A stretch of DNA of 64,000 bases from IMG/VR virus record IMGVR_UViG_3300045988_133735; one strand, written 5' to 3'. A model generated the notes under the pieces. That model had not been told where the DNA came from and did not search any database. It saw nothing but the letters and a program-made list of their open reading frames with translations. This DNA is from a virus. Position numbers and translations under genes: made by a program. The first letter of the stretch is position 1; the number at the start of each line of letters is the position of its first letter. Positions 10,062-18,532 of the stretch are shown one piece after another.

Positions 10062-10964
10062 TTATCCCACGCTCCTTTTTGTTTTCTTTCCTCCTGGTGG
10101 AGTTGTAATTGCAGCAACGTCATCCCACCCATTAAATATTCGATTATAAATTACACCTCTCGTTAAACCTAGATTAAGAATATCCGCCCATTCAGAATAT
10201 GTATGAGTCTCTCCATTATAAGTAACGTGATGAGTGTCTGTTTTATTATTATTTTGTGTTTTTATATCAGTCCATCTACAATTCTCTGGACAATAATTGC
10301 CATTGACATCAATTCTATCAATTGACAAGCCAGAGTTTTCTTTATAACCATTTGCAAAAGACCACTCACAAAATGCCAATGCACTATTTTTCCATTCATC
10401 ACAAACCGTTATACCTCGTGCACCATAATGGGGATAACTTTCACACTTTTGATTATAACAACGGTCCATCATACCAGAGTATGTTTGATACATTGGTAAT
10501 TTCCAAGCTCCGCCTTGTGTTGCATTAATACATCCACAACTTTGCGTATATCCATGCCTTAAAAGATCAGTTCTTGCAACGGTTTCATTCCCACAATCGC
10601 ATTTACATCTCCATTGTGTGGTTGTTTTCCCTTTGGGCGAAATATAATCTGCCGCTCGTTCAATAACTGTTAATTTCCCAAATCGTTTTCCGGTTAAATC
10701 AATTAGACGAGAGCCCTTATATTCGCAATTCTTATCTCCACAAGTTTTTGCCATCCCTCGTCTTAAAATATCATCTCTTGCAATTCTCGTTCGTCCACAA
10801 TCGCACTGACAAACCCACTGCCTAAATTTTTGACGACCATTATATTTGATTACTTTTTCATCAAGAGCTTTAATAACTGTAAGATGTTCGAATTTCTTTC
10901 CAATCATTTTTTCTCTTGCTTTTATATCTGCTGGCGTGACTTCAATAATTGTTTCATCAGCCAT
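10062..10964 (-). CDS. HNH-like endonuclease / DNA-binding protein with duplicated Zn-ribbon modules
   Basis: 300 aa. The module GKKFEHLTVI..WVCQCDCG..TCG is duplicated. C-terminal YGARGITVCDEW ... SIDRIDVNGNYCPENCRW..QNNN. Confidence 0.45.
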   Translation of the reverse strand: MADETIIEVTPADIKAREKMIGKKFEHLTVIKALDEKVIKYNGRQKFRQWVCQCDCGRTRIARDDILRRGMAKTCGDKNCEYKGSRLIDLTGKRFGKLTVIERAADYISPKGKTTTQWRCKCDCGNETVARTDLLRHGYTQSCGCINATQGGAWKLPMYQTYSGMMDRCYNQKCESYPHYGARGITVCDEWKNSALAFCEWSFANGYKENSGLSIDRIDVNGNYCPENCRWTDIKTQNNNKTDTHHVTYNGETHTYSEWADILNLGLTRGVIYNRIFNGWDDVAAITTPPGGKKTKRSVG

Positions 10965-10978
10965 TTTTCTAAACTCCT

Positions 10979-11317
10979 TTACTTTAATTTGTTATGGAAG
11001 TGATCGTCATCGCCAGAGTCATCATCGCTGTCATCCAACTCGCTATTGCACACAACGTAATAACAATCAATTGCACTGCTAATATAAAATACAAGAAGGG
11101 GAGTAATAACCAGCGCCACGAATAACACTTTTCCAATAATCTGATAGGCCAAGTAGAAGATTACCAGTGTCTCAGCAGCGTGCAGTATCCAATTAAACCA
11201 GTCTTTGCTATTGATAAAAGCAGATACCGCAATAGTCAAAGGAATATTTGTACTCATCATGCCCTGCTGGCCGTCTTCGTCTTGCAGATCGTCAGACTTC
11301 TTAGGATCTTTATCCAC
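10979..11317 (-). CDS. membrane protein (about 3 TM segments, acidic C-terminus)
   Basis: 112 aa with hydrophobic segments and a DDSDDDSGDDD tail. A holin-like role is speculation. Confidence 0.45.
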   Translation of the reverse strand: MDKDPKKSDDLQDEDGQQGMMSTNIPLTIAVSAFINSKDWFNWILHAAETLVIFYLAYQIIGKVLFVALVITPLLVFYISSAIDCYYVVCNSELDDSDDDSGDDDHFHNKLK

Positions 11318-11331
11318 TGTTGCATTCCTCC

Positions 11332-11508
11332 TTACTCTTCATCATCCCACTCGCGGCGTTGCTTGTGGGATTTTTTACTATATTTAGACGCCGGAGCTTC
11401 CTGCGCTTTTTCGATCTCCTGCATAAACTGGTTTTCAATCATGCGCTGTTTGCGGGCTGCTCTCATATATGTACTCTTAGAATTCTTATCTCGTTTGCGG
11501 TCACTCAT
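11332..11508 (-). CDS. small basic protein
   Basis: The start is taken at MSDRKRDKN, where its ATG overlaps the upstream stop (ATGA). Lys/Arg-rich. Confidence 0.4.
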   Translation of the reverse strand: MSDRKRDKNSKSTYMRAARKQRMIENQFMQEIEKAQEAPASKYSKKSHKQRREWDDEE

Positions 11509-11809
11509 CGCCGTAATCCTCCTCACTGTCGTTATCGTATTCTTCCAACCCATATAGCTTATGATATAAATATCGGGTCAAAGAAGGGGACATAGGCGTA
11601 TAGTCTTCCATCCAGAGCGTATCATACAGTGAAGCATCACCAATAACTTCCTGCCAGTCCGCGTATACTTGAATCGCGTCAATGATATTTTCTACTGTGA
11701 CACTATAATTACGCACCGCATCAACTACGGCGAATCCAATATTAAAAATATCCTGTTTTGAAAATTCTTCTTCTTTCATAATAGTCCTCCTTATAGAAGC
11801 GATTTGCAC
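11501..11809 (-). CDS. hypothetical acidic protein
   Basis: 102-aa ORF, co-oriented. Confidence 0.5.
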   Translation of the reverse strand: MQIASIRRTIMKEEEFSKQDIFNIGFAVVDAVRNYSVTVENIIDAIQVYADWQEVIGDASLYDTLWMEDYTPMSPSLTRYLYHKLYGLEEYDNDSEEDYGDE

Positions 11810-12012
11810 CGAAGTGGCTTCTTTAGTTTATCTAATTGGTTGTAAATATCTGCGATTTGCTCTTCTATAGTTTTTATTCTATCCCATGCGGATTCTTCTA
11901 CAGGTTGTTCTTTGGGTATGACAATAGCTGAATTTTTTGCTAAATCGCTCGATATCCAATAACCATAAGGGTTCTCCGGATTTCCAATAAAATCTAAGTC
12001 AATAACATCCAT
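11791..12012 (-). CDS. small protein with C-terminal C-[KRH]-S-L-L tail (CKSLL)
   Basis: 73 aa ending KKPLRCKSLL-stop. Confidence 0.6.
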   Translation of the reverse strand: MDVIDLDFIGNPENPYGYWISSDLAKNSAIVIPKEQPVEESAWDRIKTIEEQIADIYNQLDKLKKPLRCKSLL

Positions 12013-12024
12013 TTGGCGTCTCCT

Positions 12025-12252
12025 TTACAGTAAACTGTGACATACAAATGATTTCTTTTTCTTTATTTCAATACTTACTTCAGGACACCGCTCACGAAAA
12101 AAATCATATATTGCTTTATCTGAAATGCAATCAAGTCCAACTAACTGTCCATCCGAAATTAACAATTCATCATCATAAGACCTGATACTGTCTCCGCGAG
12201 CGACCGCATCTATCAGAAGTCTTGCTCCTTCTTCTGTCCATTCAATAATCAT
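12025..12252 (-). CDS. small protein with C-terminal tail (CHSLL)
   Basis: The start is taken at MIIEW (ATGA overlap with the upstream stop). Ends KKSFVCHSLL-stop. Confidence 0.6.
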   Translation of the reverse strand: MIIEWTEEGARLLIDAVARGDSIRSYDDELLISDGQLVGLDCISDKAIYDFFRERCPEVSIEIKKKKSFVCHSLL

Positions 12253-12461
12253 AAAAGGCTCCTGCAAATAAACGATTTCGAATTTCTAATCATATACACA
12301 ATTTGATCGTATATTTCTTTATCGGTTCTTCCCCAAAATCCATAGTATTCAAAATCTGGTTTAATTTTGCTTTCATCTATATCAGGTGCAAATGGATAAA
12401 GCTTTTTATATTCTCTGACGAAACCTTTAATCATATTGAGTTCATCAATCTCATCTCTCAT
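12249..12461 (-). CDS. small protein with C-terminal tail (CRSLL)
   Basis: 70 aa ending SKSFICRSLL-stop. The tail codons TGC AGG AGC CTT TTA TGA contain the SD and ATG of the next gene. Confidence 0.6.
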   Translation of the reverse strand: MRDEIDELNMIKGFVREYKKLYPFAPDIDESKIKPDFEYYGFWGRTDKEIYDQIVYMIRNSKSFICRSLL

Positions 12462-12865
12462 AATAGGCTCCTACATCTGAGTGGCCGTCTACTGGTTCGA
12501 ATAATATCTTCCAAGCATTCTGGCACGACAGAAAACCCTTTAAACAAATCAAACGTATTGCGGTATATTAAATCATCTATATTTATCTGTCGCATTTTAT
12601 TTTCACAGATGTATCGAACATCAGCTTCTCCATACAGCTTAGTGAATAATTTGCAATATTCAAACGACTTGGCCAATCCAAGATCTTCATCAAAGTAGAA
12701 CATAGTACACTGTGCATTCATTTTACTATAGTCAAACTTTTCACGAAATTCATCCGGCGATTTGCATATTACGATTACTTTGCGGTGTTTTTGTACAGTG
12801 TCTAAATTATCATACCAGTTACATACTGCTTGGTAGTTCTCTGGCTTTACGAATAATACTCTCAT
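12458..12865 (-). CDS. protein with C-terminal tail (CRSLL)
   Basis: 135 aa ending RRPLRCRSLL-stop. Confidence 0.6.
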   Translation of the reverse strand: MRVLFVKPENYQAVCNWYDNLDTVQKHRKVIVICKSPDEFREKFDYSKMNAQCTMFYFDEDLGLAKSFEYCKLFTKLYGEADVRYICENKMRQINIDDLIYRNTFDLFKGFSVVPECLEDIIRTSRRPLRCRSLL

Positions 12866-12895
12866 TGCGGTTTCCTCTGTGGCGCTGCGGCGCTC

Positions 12896-13315
12896 TTATA
12901 ACAAGCTGTGGCATACTAGATTCTTTTTATTTCGTTCATGCCATGATGCTTTGATTTTTACGACATGATCTGGGGTCCACATATAGTCAAGCTCGATAGG
13001 ATGTGCTAAATCCAGATTGCTATCCTTATTAACAAGTCGGTAATAATTCATATCATTAAGCTGATCGAATTCTTTTGCAAGCCGTGTCGCTACATCACTC
13101 ATGGAATTATATGTATACCCGGGTCCAAACCATATCTGATGAAATATTTTTGAACCATCGTTTGCTCTTAAATACCACGCTCTAAGATCGCGATACGATT
13201 TGAATGGCATGACCCACACCATGTTGTTGTCACTTAATGGGACATAGATTCCGTTTTTGGCGTCATAATTTGCAGAAGTCAGCATTGCGACTCTGGCGGT
13301 TACAGTGTAATTCAT
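12896..13315 (-). CDS. protein with C-terminal tail (CHSLL)
   Basis: 139 aa ending KKNLVCHSLL-stop. Confidence 0.6.
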   Translation of the reverse strand: MNYTVTARVAMLTSANYDAKNGIYVPLSDNNMVWVMPFKSYRDLRAWYLRANDGSKIFHQIWFGPGYTYNSMSDVATRLAKEFDQLNDMNYYRLVNKDSNLDLAHPIELDYMWTPDHVVKIKASWHERNKKNLVCHSLL

Positions 13316-13575
13316 AGTAAACTCCTACACGTGAGAGGTTTTAAATACCATGGCGTTGGTTTTGGCTCCCACTGGTTAAACAAACGTTCAAAGTAGAACC
13401 TTTCGTTTTTCTCGTCCAAGCACAATCTCACGTCGTGATAATTCACATATTTAGCGTCGGTATCGGCGAAACATTTTAAAATAGCGGACATCTCATTGTA
13501 AGTTTCTTTGAAGTAACTGGAACGTCCCGTCTGTACGTAATCAATCGCTTCTTTTATAATTTCTTCTCGTGTCAT
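13312..13575 (-). CDS. small protein with C-terminal tail (CRSLL)
   Basis: 87 aa ending LKPLTCRSLL-stop. Confidence 0.6.
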   Translation of the reverse strand: MTREEIIKEAIDYVQTGRSSYFKETYNEMSAILKCFADTDAKYVNYHDVRLCLDEKNERFYFERLFNQWEPKPTPWYLKPLTCRSLL

Positions 13576-13602
13576 ACTATTGGGTTCCTCTAACTGTTGA
13601 AT

Positions 13603-13950
13603 TTATAATAGGCTATGGCAAACAAATGATTTTTTAGATTGCATTGTATACTTGCCGACTAATTGAAGATATTTTTTGTAGATTGCCTCTGCGGCGTCTC
13701 CATCAATTGTTTCTATATGTTGTTCAGACATTATATCGACTTTGAAACGTTCTATTGATGAATCAAGTATGGAAGCTAATTCTGAATCATAATGTATGTA
13801 TCTGCGGTCTACATCGACATGAATTACAATAGAATCTATTTTTTTATTAAGTTCTTCGCTAAGCTGTTCACAGATATCCTTACTTGCGAGTTCTAGTATT
13901 TCTTTCTCATTCTTCTTGTAATTAGTCATTCCAAAAACATCTGTTATCAT
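13603..13950 (-). CDS. protein with C-terminal tail (CHSLL)
   Basis: 115 aa ending KKSFVCHSLL-stop. Confidence 0.6.
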   Translation of the reverse strand: MITDVFGMTNYKKNEKEILELASKDICEQLSEELNKKIDSIVIHVDVDRRYIHYDSELASILDSSIERFKVDIMSEQHIETIDGDAAEAIYKKYLQLVGKYTMQSKKSFVCHSLL

Positions 13951-14432
13951 AGCAAACTCCTACAGGTCAGTTGCACTGTTGGTCTTCCTATGGTTGGATC
14001 GTCCGCGTCCTCGATTTCTGGGTGAAACGCAACTTCGGATGGATCATATGTAGCTATAGAGCAGGCGGCAATATTACGACCTCCTATGATATGTTGCATA
14101 CATAAATCAACATCGTCGATTACAACTTGTTTTGCGTTATATCCAAAGCTGGCGAGTTGGAAATCTAAGGCGTTAAAAACTCGAATAGTCAGTCGTTTTC
14201 CCTCAGTATCAACATAGACTTCTCGCGAATCAACTCTGTATCCTCTATATGTCCATTTCCCGCAAGATGATTCGCATAAAAATATTATTGTTTTTGTCAC
14301 TAGCTCCACATTAAGAGATGTTGGTACAATAATATCACAGTCATTTTCAATTGCGTATTTACATATTTGATAGGTGCGACCACCGCCGCGTGGGGCGAAT
14401 ATTTTATACATACTTTGTAAAGCCTCTATCAA
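13947..14432 (-). CDS. P-loop-like protein with C-terminal tail (CRSLL)
   Basis: 161 aa with FAPRGGGRT and VVIDDVD (Walker A/B-like). Ends TVQLTCRSLL-stop. Confidence 0.55.
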   Translation of the reverse strand: MIEALQSMYKIFAPRGGGRTYQICKYAIENDCDIIVPTSLNVELVTKTIIFLCESSCGKWTYRGYRVDSREVYVDTEGKRLTIRVFNALDFQLASFGYNAKQVVIDDVDLCMQHIIGGRNIAACSIATYDPSEVAFHPEIEDADDPTIGRPTVQLTCRSLL

Positions 14433-15025
14433 TCTTCTGTGAAATCAGAAAATGGAATAAATTCAATATTGTCTGGAAGCTCAATAGTGAGACTTCTTGC
14501 GACTGCAATACCATGTTCTGTGTGATAAAATGTCATATACCGAGCGAGTTGCTTCAATGCTTTTGTGTCAAAATCATGTAATTTACATTCGACTGGGATA
14601 AGTTCTCCATTACGGTCAATCCATGCGTCGGGTTTGTGCTTCGGATTGTCTCTGTGATCCACAATTTTCCCACATCCAAGCTCTTCTGCTTTCTTTTTAA
14701 ATAAATCTTGATAATAAAATTCATTATGCATAAGTTCTTTTAATTTTGCACAAAAAACATATTGTCGCATCATTTCAAAACTGTCGGACCATTCGTTCTG
14801 TAAATAATCAATTGCTCTATTAAGGTCAAATAAAGACTTTTTATTGTCACACATAGCCATCATTTCAAGAAACCAATATTTATCTAAAATAAGTCCGTCA
14901 TGATTTTTTATTATCATATTATCTCCATGTAAATTTTTGAACACTGTATACTTTTCATCATTGAAATTTATTTCTTCATATGGAAATTCTAATTTGATAG
15001 TTTTTTGGTTGTCAGTCATATTCAT
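14429..15025 (-). CDS. PD-(D/E)xK nuclease-fold candidate
   Basis: 198 aa with KPDAWIDRNGELIPVECK (D ... E-x-K). Confidence 0.4.
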   Translation of the reverse strand: MNMTDNQKTIKLEFPYEEINFNDEKYTVFKNLHGDNMIIKNHDGLILDKYWFLEMMAMCDNKKSLFDLNRAIDYLQNEWSDSFEMMRQYVFCAKLKELMHNEFYYQDLFKKKAEELGCGKIVDHRDNPKHKPDAWIDRNGELIPVECKLHDFDTKALKQLARYMTFYHTEHGIAVARSLTIELPDNIEFIPFSDFTED

Positions 15026-15468
15026 TCTCCTACTGCATGCGCAGCACTATGTAATTTGCCAAATGGTGTAATCAAATATCGATGTAGGGCTGTGTCTTCC
15101 ATCTCTTTTTGTAACTGATGGAACTTAGCCATATTATCAAGATAAGAGGGAAGCACTTTTTCTACGATCTCATAGGTCAAGGCGTATATCTGCAACCATT
15201 CTTTCATCGTCATTCCACGATGCACCATAGGACGAATCATCTGCTCAATCTGGTCGCGGATATAATCAATAGAGAAAAAATCAATTTCGTGTAGTATACT
15301 CATTCTTTCTATGTAGTTCTTAAATAACTCCACTGTCTGTTCGGCTTCGGCTTCTCGGTAGCGGTCGTACAATTCTTTTGCAAGACTATCAATGGCGTCA
15401 TAGTTCCATCCGTCAGTAGAAGACCAGTAGTCCGCTACTTTCAGGCCGCTTATTTTTACTTCTATCAT
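15022..15468 (-). CDS. hypothetical protein
   Basis: The start is taken at MIEVKISGL, which has an AAGGAG site upstream. The longer ORF would overlap the phoH 3' end. Confidence 0.5.
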   Translation of the reverse strand: MIEVKISGLKVADYWSSTDGWNYDAIDSLAKELYDRYREAEAEQTVELFKNYIERMSILHEIDFFSIDYIRDQIEQMIRPMVHRGMTMKEWLQIYALTYEIVEKVLPSYLDNMAKFHQLQKEMEDTALHRYLITPFGKLHSAAHAVGE

Positions 15469-15481
15469 CTTGCGCGACTCC

Positions 15482-16807
15482 TTAATCGAGCAGATCAGCC
15501 AGACGGGCAGTCTCAGAACGTTCCGTAATAGGCAAGTAAACCGTTCCAAAGCGTTCATTTCCTGTCAGTTTATCAATCAACTTCTGAATGCCGTTATTTC
15601 GTTCGAAAGCTACATCGTCAATCTGTCTCAAGTCACCGTTAATCCACAGTGTGCTGCCCTCGCCAACTCGACCAATCAATAACTGAATATGCTGCTTAGT
15701 GAGGTTTTCCGCTTCACTGCAGTAAATTATAGATCGATTGAAGCTGCGTCCACGAATAAAGCCGAGCGGCTGAATCTCTACCCATCCATCAGTGATAGCT
15801 CGCTCCAATGCAACCTCGCCGCCAAGACAGTCGGCTAGAATTGCTGCGAATGGATATACCTTTTCAAGCATAGAGCCGGGAAGGAAGCCAATTTCTTTTG
15901 TGTCTTTGACCTCGATATTGTTGCGAACCCAAACGATCTTGTCGTATTTGCCCTTTTCGATCAGATCAACAGCGTGATTAACCATCAGGAAGTCCTTACC
16001 GCTGCCATATACACCAAGAAGCAGTTTGATTGTAATGTCGTCATTCTGAAGTAGGTCAAAGGCGAGCTTTTGCTGATTGTTGAGTGGTTTGATCTTGCCA
16101 GAGTAGGCGGTGTTCAGGTTCTTGTATTTAATAGGTACATAGCGCGAGCCATCCCAGCGAAGCCCAGCCGTGTTGCCATCTGCGTCTGCATTTGGAATCA
16201 ATACATAACCGTTTGTTGGTGTATCAAACAAGTTCTTTTGCTCGATATCTTTGGAGTAAGCCATCGCCAGCGCTTCCTCGCCACCGTCTTCTAGAGCAAC
16301 CTCTGTCCAGCCAGCGTAGTCATTGTGAGCACCGCCGTGATCAAGAGATAGTTCACAGGGCAGTTTCATAACCCGTTGCGCAAGATTGAAGCAGCTTAGG
16401 TCACTGGTAACAAAACGGAAGGAATCAATCAGCGTGGTAAGTTCGGCGGCTTCATTGGCACTGTCGGCGTCTAACTCTTTTGGAAGGTTGTCCAGTTTGT
16501 TCTGCAGTTCATTCAGATACCATCGAGCAGCAGCCATAATCGTTCCGTCGTTGTTGTCTTTGACTGGGACATCATTCAGGATCGAGAATAGCTGATGGTA
16601 ATCAATAGATACTACTGTGTACGCTGCTGGATGTTCGGCGAGCAGACGAGTAACGGTGTGAGCCTTAGCTTTGGTGGCTTCATCCTTCTTGCCACTGGTC
16701 TTGATGTCTTCCAGCTCATAGAGAGTGATGTCAGCAATTAGAAACTGCTGCGCAAGCAACGTGTCAGGTGGGATATCTAGTAAGGCAGAGGTGTCATAGA
16801 ATTTCAT
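15482..16807 (-). CDS. phoH: PIN domain-PhoH family ATPase (YlaK-like)
   Basis: 441 aa. N-terminal PIN-like MKFYDTSALLD, P-loop GVYGSGKD, and the PhoH C-terminal signature INGDLRQID...ERSETARLADLL. Confidence 0.7.
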   Translation of the reverse strand: MKFYDTSALLDIPPDTLLAQQFLIADITLYELEDIKTSGKKDEATKAKAHTVTRLLAEHPAAYTVVSIDYHQLFSILNDVPVKDNNDGTIMAAARWYLNELQNKLDNLPKELDADSANEAAELTTLIDSFRFVTSDLSCFNLAQRVMKLPCELSLDHGGAHNDYAGWTEVALEDGGEEALAMAYSKDIEQKNLFDTPTNGYVLIPNADADGNTAGLRWDGSRYVPIKYKNLNTAYSGKIKPLNNQQKLAFDLLQNDDITIKLLLGVYGSGKDFLMVNHAVDLIEKGKYDKIVWVRNNIEVKDTKEIGFLPGSMLEKVYPFAAILADCLGGEVALERAITDGWVEIQPLGFIRGRSFNRSIIYCSEAENLTKQHIQLLIGRVGEGSTLWINGDLRQIDDVAFERNNGIQKLIDKLTGNERFGTVYLPITERSETARLADLLD

Positions 16808-16935
16808 AGTGGATCATTGTCCTCCTTGATAAGGATATAGTGGGTGTCGCTTTATGGTTAATATGTTTAAGTACTGTTTGTAATGGCGAAATTTTGAGCT
16901 GCCAGAACATAGCGGACGAGAAATGCTCTCAGCAG

Positions 16936-16957
16936 CACAAACATAACTTAAATATAT
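16936..16957 (+). repeat. 22-bp exact repeat, copy 1 (CACAAACATAACTTAAATATAT)
   Basis: Identical 22-mer at 39157-39178. Both copies are intergenic, on the same strand and upstream of forward genes. Confidence 0.8.
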
Positions 16958-17289
16958 CATATCTATATTATACACCAGATTTTTGTTATTTGCAAGCGAA
17001 ATTGCATATATTTTCCGGGGCGATACGTTGTTTTTTGGCGATGCTGCGCAGGACGGCTGCTTAATGGAGCGTTTAACGGCGTTTATGCGCGAAATGTGCG
17101 TTTTTAGTGGCATTTTTAACGACTTTAGGACAAAATTTAACGTTTTTGATCAAAAAATGAGCGAAATTTGATCGATCTGGGAAGGTGATTTTGGTCTTTG
17201 TGGGGCACTAGCGTGATGAAATAACAATGATAGGGGCAATTTGTAACAATATAATACCATGCAATTTTAAACGATAATACGTTGTTTAC

Positions 17290-18500
17290 CGGGTGAGGCT
17301 TCGGGACGTTTTTGAGCTTTGCAGCAGTGCACGGTGATACTTGAAAATACTACAGTGTACGATGTGCTGTGTGATTTTGATGGGTGGAAATAGGGGCTGC
17401 AGAGCGGTGGTTGACATGTCTGTGGGGATCAAAATTGGGAAGTGAGGTGCTGCACTGATGGATGTAGAAATGTTGTGAACTGCGTGGCGAGCTCGGGAGG
17501 TTTGGGACGTGATGGGGAGATAGAACAACTAAGCCCTTCGGGCTTCGCGCGGGCTGACCCCGGATTTTCAACCTGCCCCCCTCTTGCCCTGTCTATCATC
17601 CATTTTTTCTAGGATTCATGCGGCTTTTCGGCTAATATGACCTTTTGTTAAAAGGTGGGATTAGGTAGTCCCTGAATACGGAATTTATACCTATTTATAT
17701 ATAGGCGACTTCCATTCTGTTTTTGTGGGCGGTGGATTTTGCCGTTTGTGCGCTTGTTGCAAAAATAAATAGATGGTCTATACTGTAGACACTCCAAGGG
17801 GAGCGGGAAACACCGGGAACGGCACCCACACCCCGGGGAGTAGTCGCACCTTGAAAATTGCAAAGTTTGGATTTTCCCATGTGGGCGGTTTATACCGCGC
17901 CGGGTATCCGGTCAAGGTTTATGCCTTGCCATTTTCAAAACATGGGTTTCCTATCTGAGCGATTAGTGCGCCCAAACCCCGATGGCCAAACATTACAGGC
18001 ATAATTCCCAAGAACGTGGGAGAAGTGCGGGGGGCGGAGTACCTTGAAAACTGAACAAAAGGCAGAACCTAAGATAACACCACGGGGACTGTTATGCGTA
18101 AGCATAGTTTTGTAGAAAACGCCAAGGCCAGAGCTGGCGATAATAGATACAATACCAAAGATAGCAACGGTTGTTTGATGGCGTAGAACCGCCTAGAGGA
18201 GAAAAAAGCTCTTGTACCACCCCTACTATAAGCTAGAATAGCGGGCAAGGGTGCAAGCAAAAGAACACCATTAGTTCCAGATGGTTAAAGTGCGCCAAGA
18301 CTAACTAACGCACGATGGACAGCACACGGGCTGTATAAGTCCGTGCCATAATGGAACACGGGCAACAGTGCAATGGCCTAGAGAAAAGCACATACCCAAA
18401 AGCATATAAGCTACAAGTGTGGCTTTACATAAAAGAGACGGTCATCGGTATGCACTCTCCAAAAGCGTACCGTACCAGAGCGCTAAACAATCCGGTTTGG
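17290..18500. other. long gene-free, GC-richer region; candidate large structured RNA, origin or genome-end region
   Basis: No credible ORF in six frames. UUCG- and GNRA-capped helices are present (AAGCCC-TTCG-GGGCTT at about 17534). A roughly 30-nt repeat GGGG..AGT..ACCTTGAAAAYTG occurs at 17836-17860 and 18030-18053. Confidence 0.3.
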
Positions 18501-18532
18501 TGCAAGTTTTTATAAGATGAGAGGTAACTATT

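Noticed and set aside
11791-14432. The tail C-x-S-L-L as a CaaX prenylation box
   Set aside because: The Cys is five residues from the C-terminus, not four. The position after Cys is basic (K/R/H) rather than aliphatic. Bacteria and phages lack the prenylation machinery. Only the superficial resemblance is noted.
12249-14432. The tail as a by-product of a conserved DNA element (overlapping RBS plus ATGA)
   Set aside because: The AGGAG/ATGA overlap explains only the four reverse-strand CRSLL copies. The other ten copies have separate downstream RBSs. They use different codons (Ser AGT, AGC and TCA; varied Leu codons and stops), so the constraint is on the peptide.
16814-17113. 99-aa reverse ORF and other 60-80 aa ORFs across 16814-18260
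   Set aside because: They are mutually overlapping in several frames and lack an RBS. Their composition is odd (Pro/Arg/Ser/His-rich). The region is better treated as non-coding.
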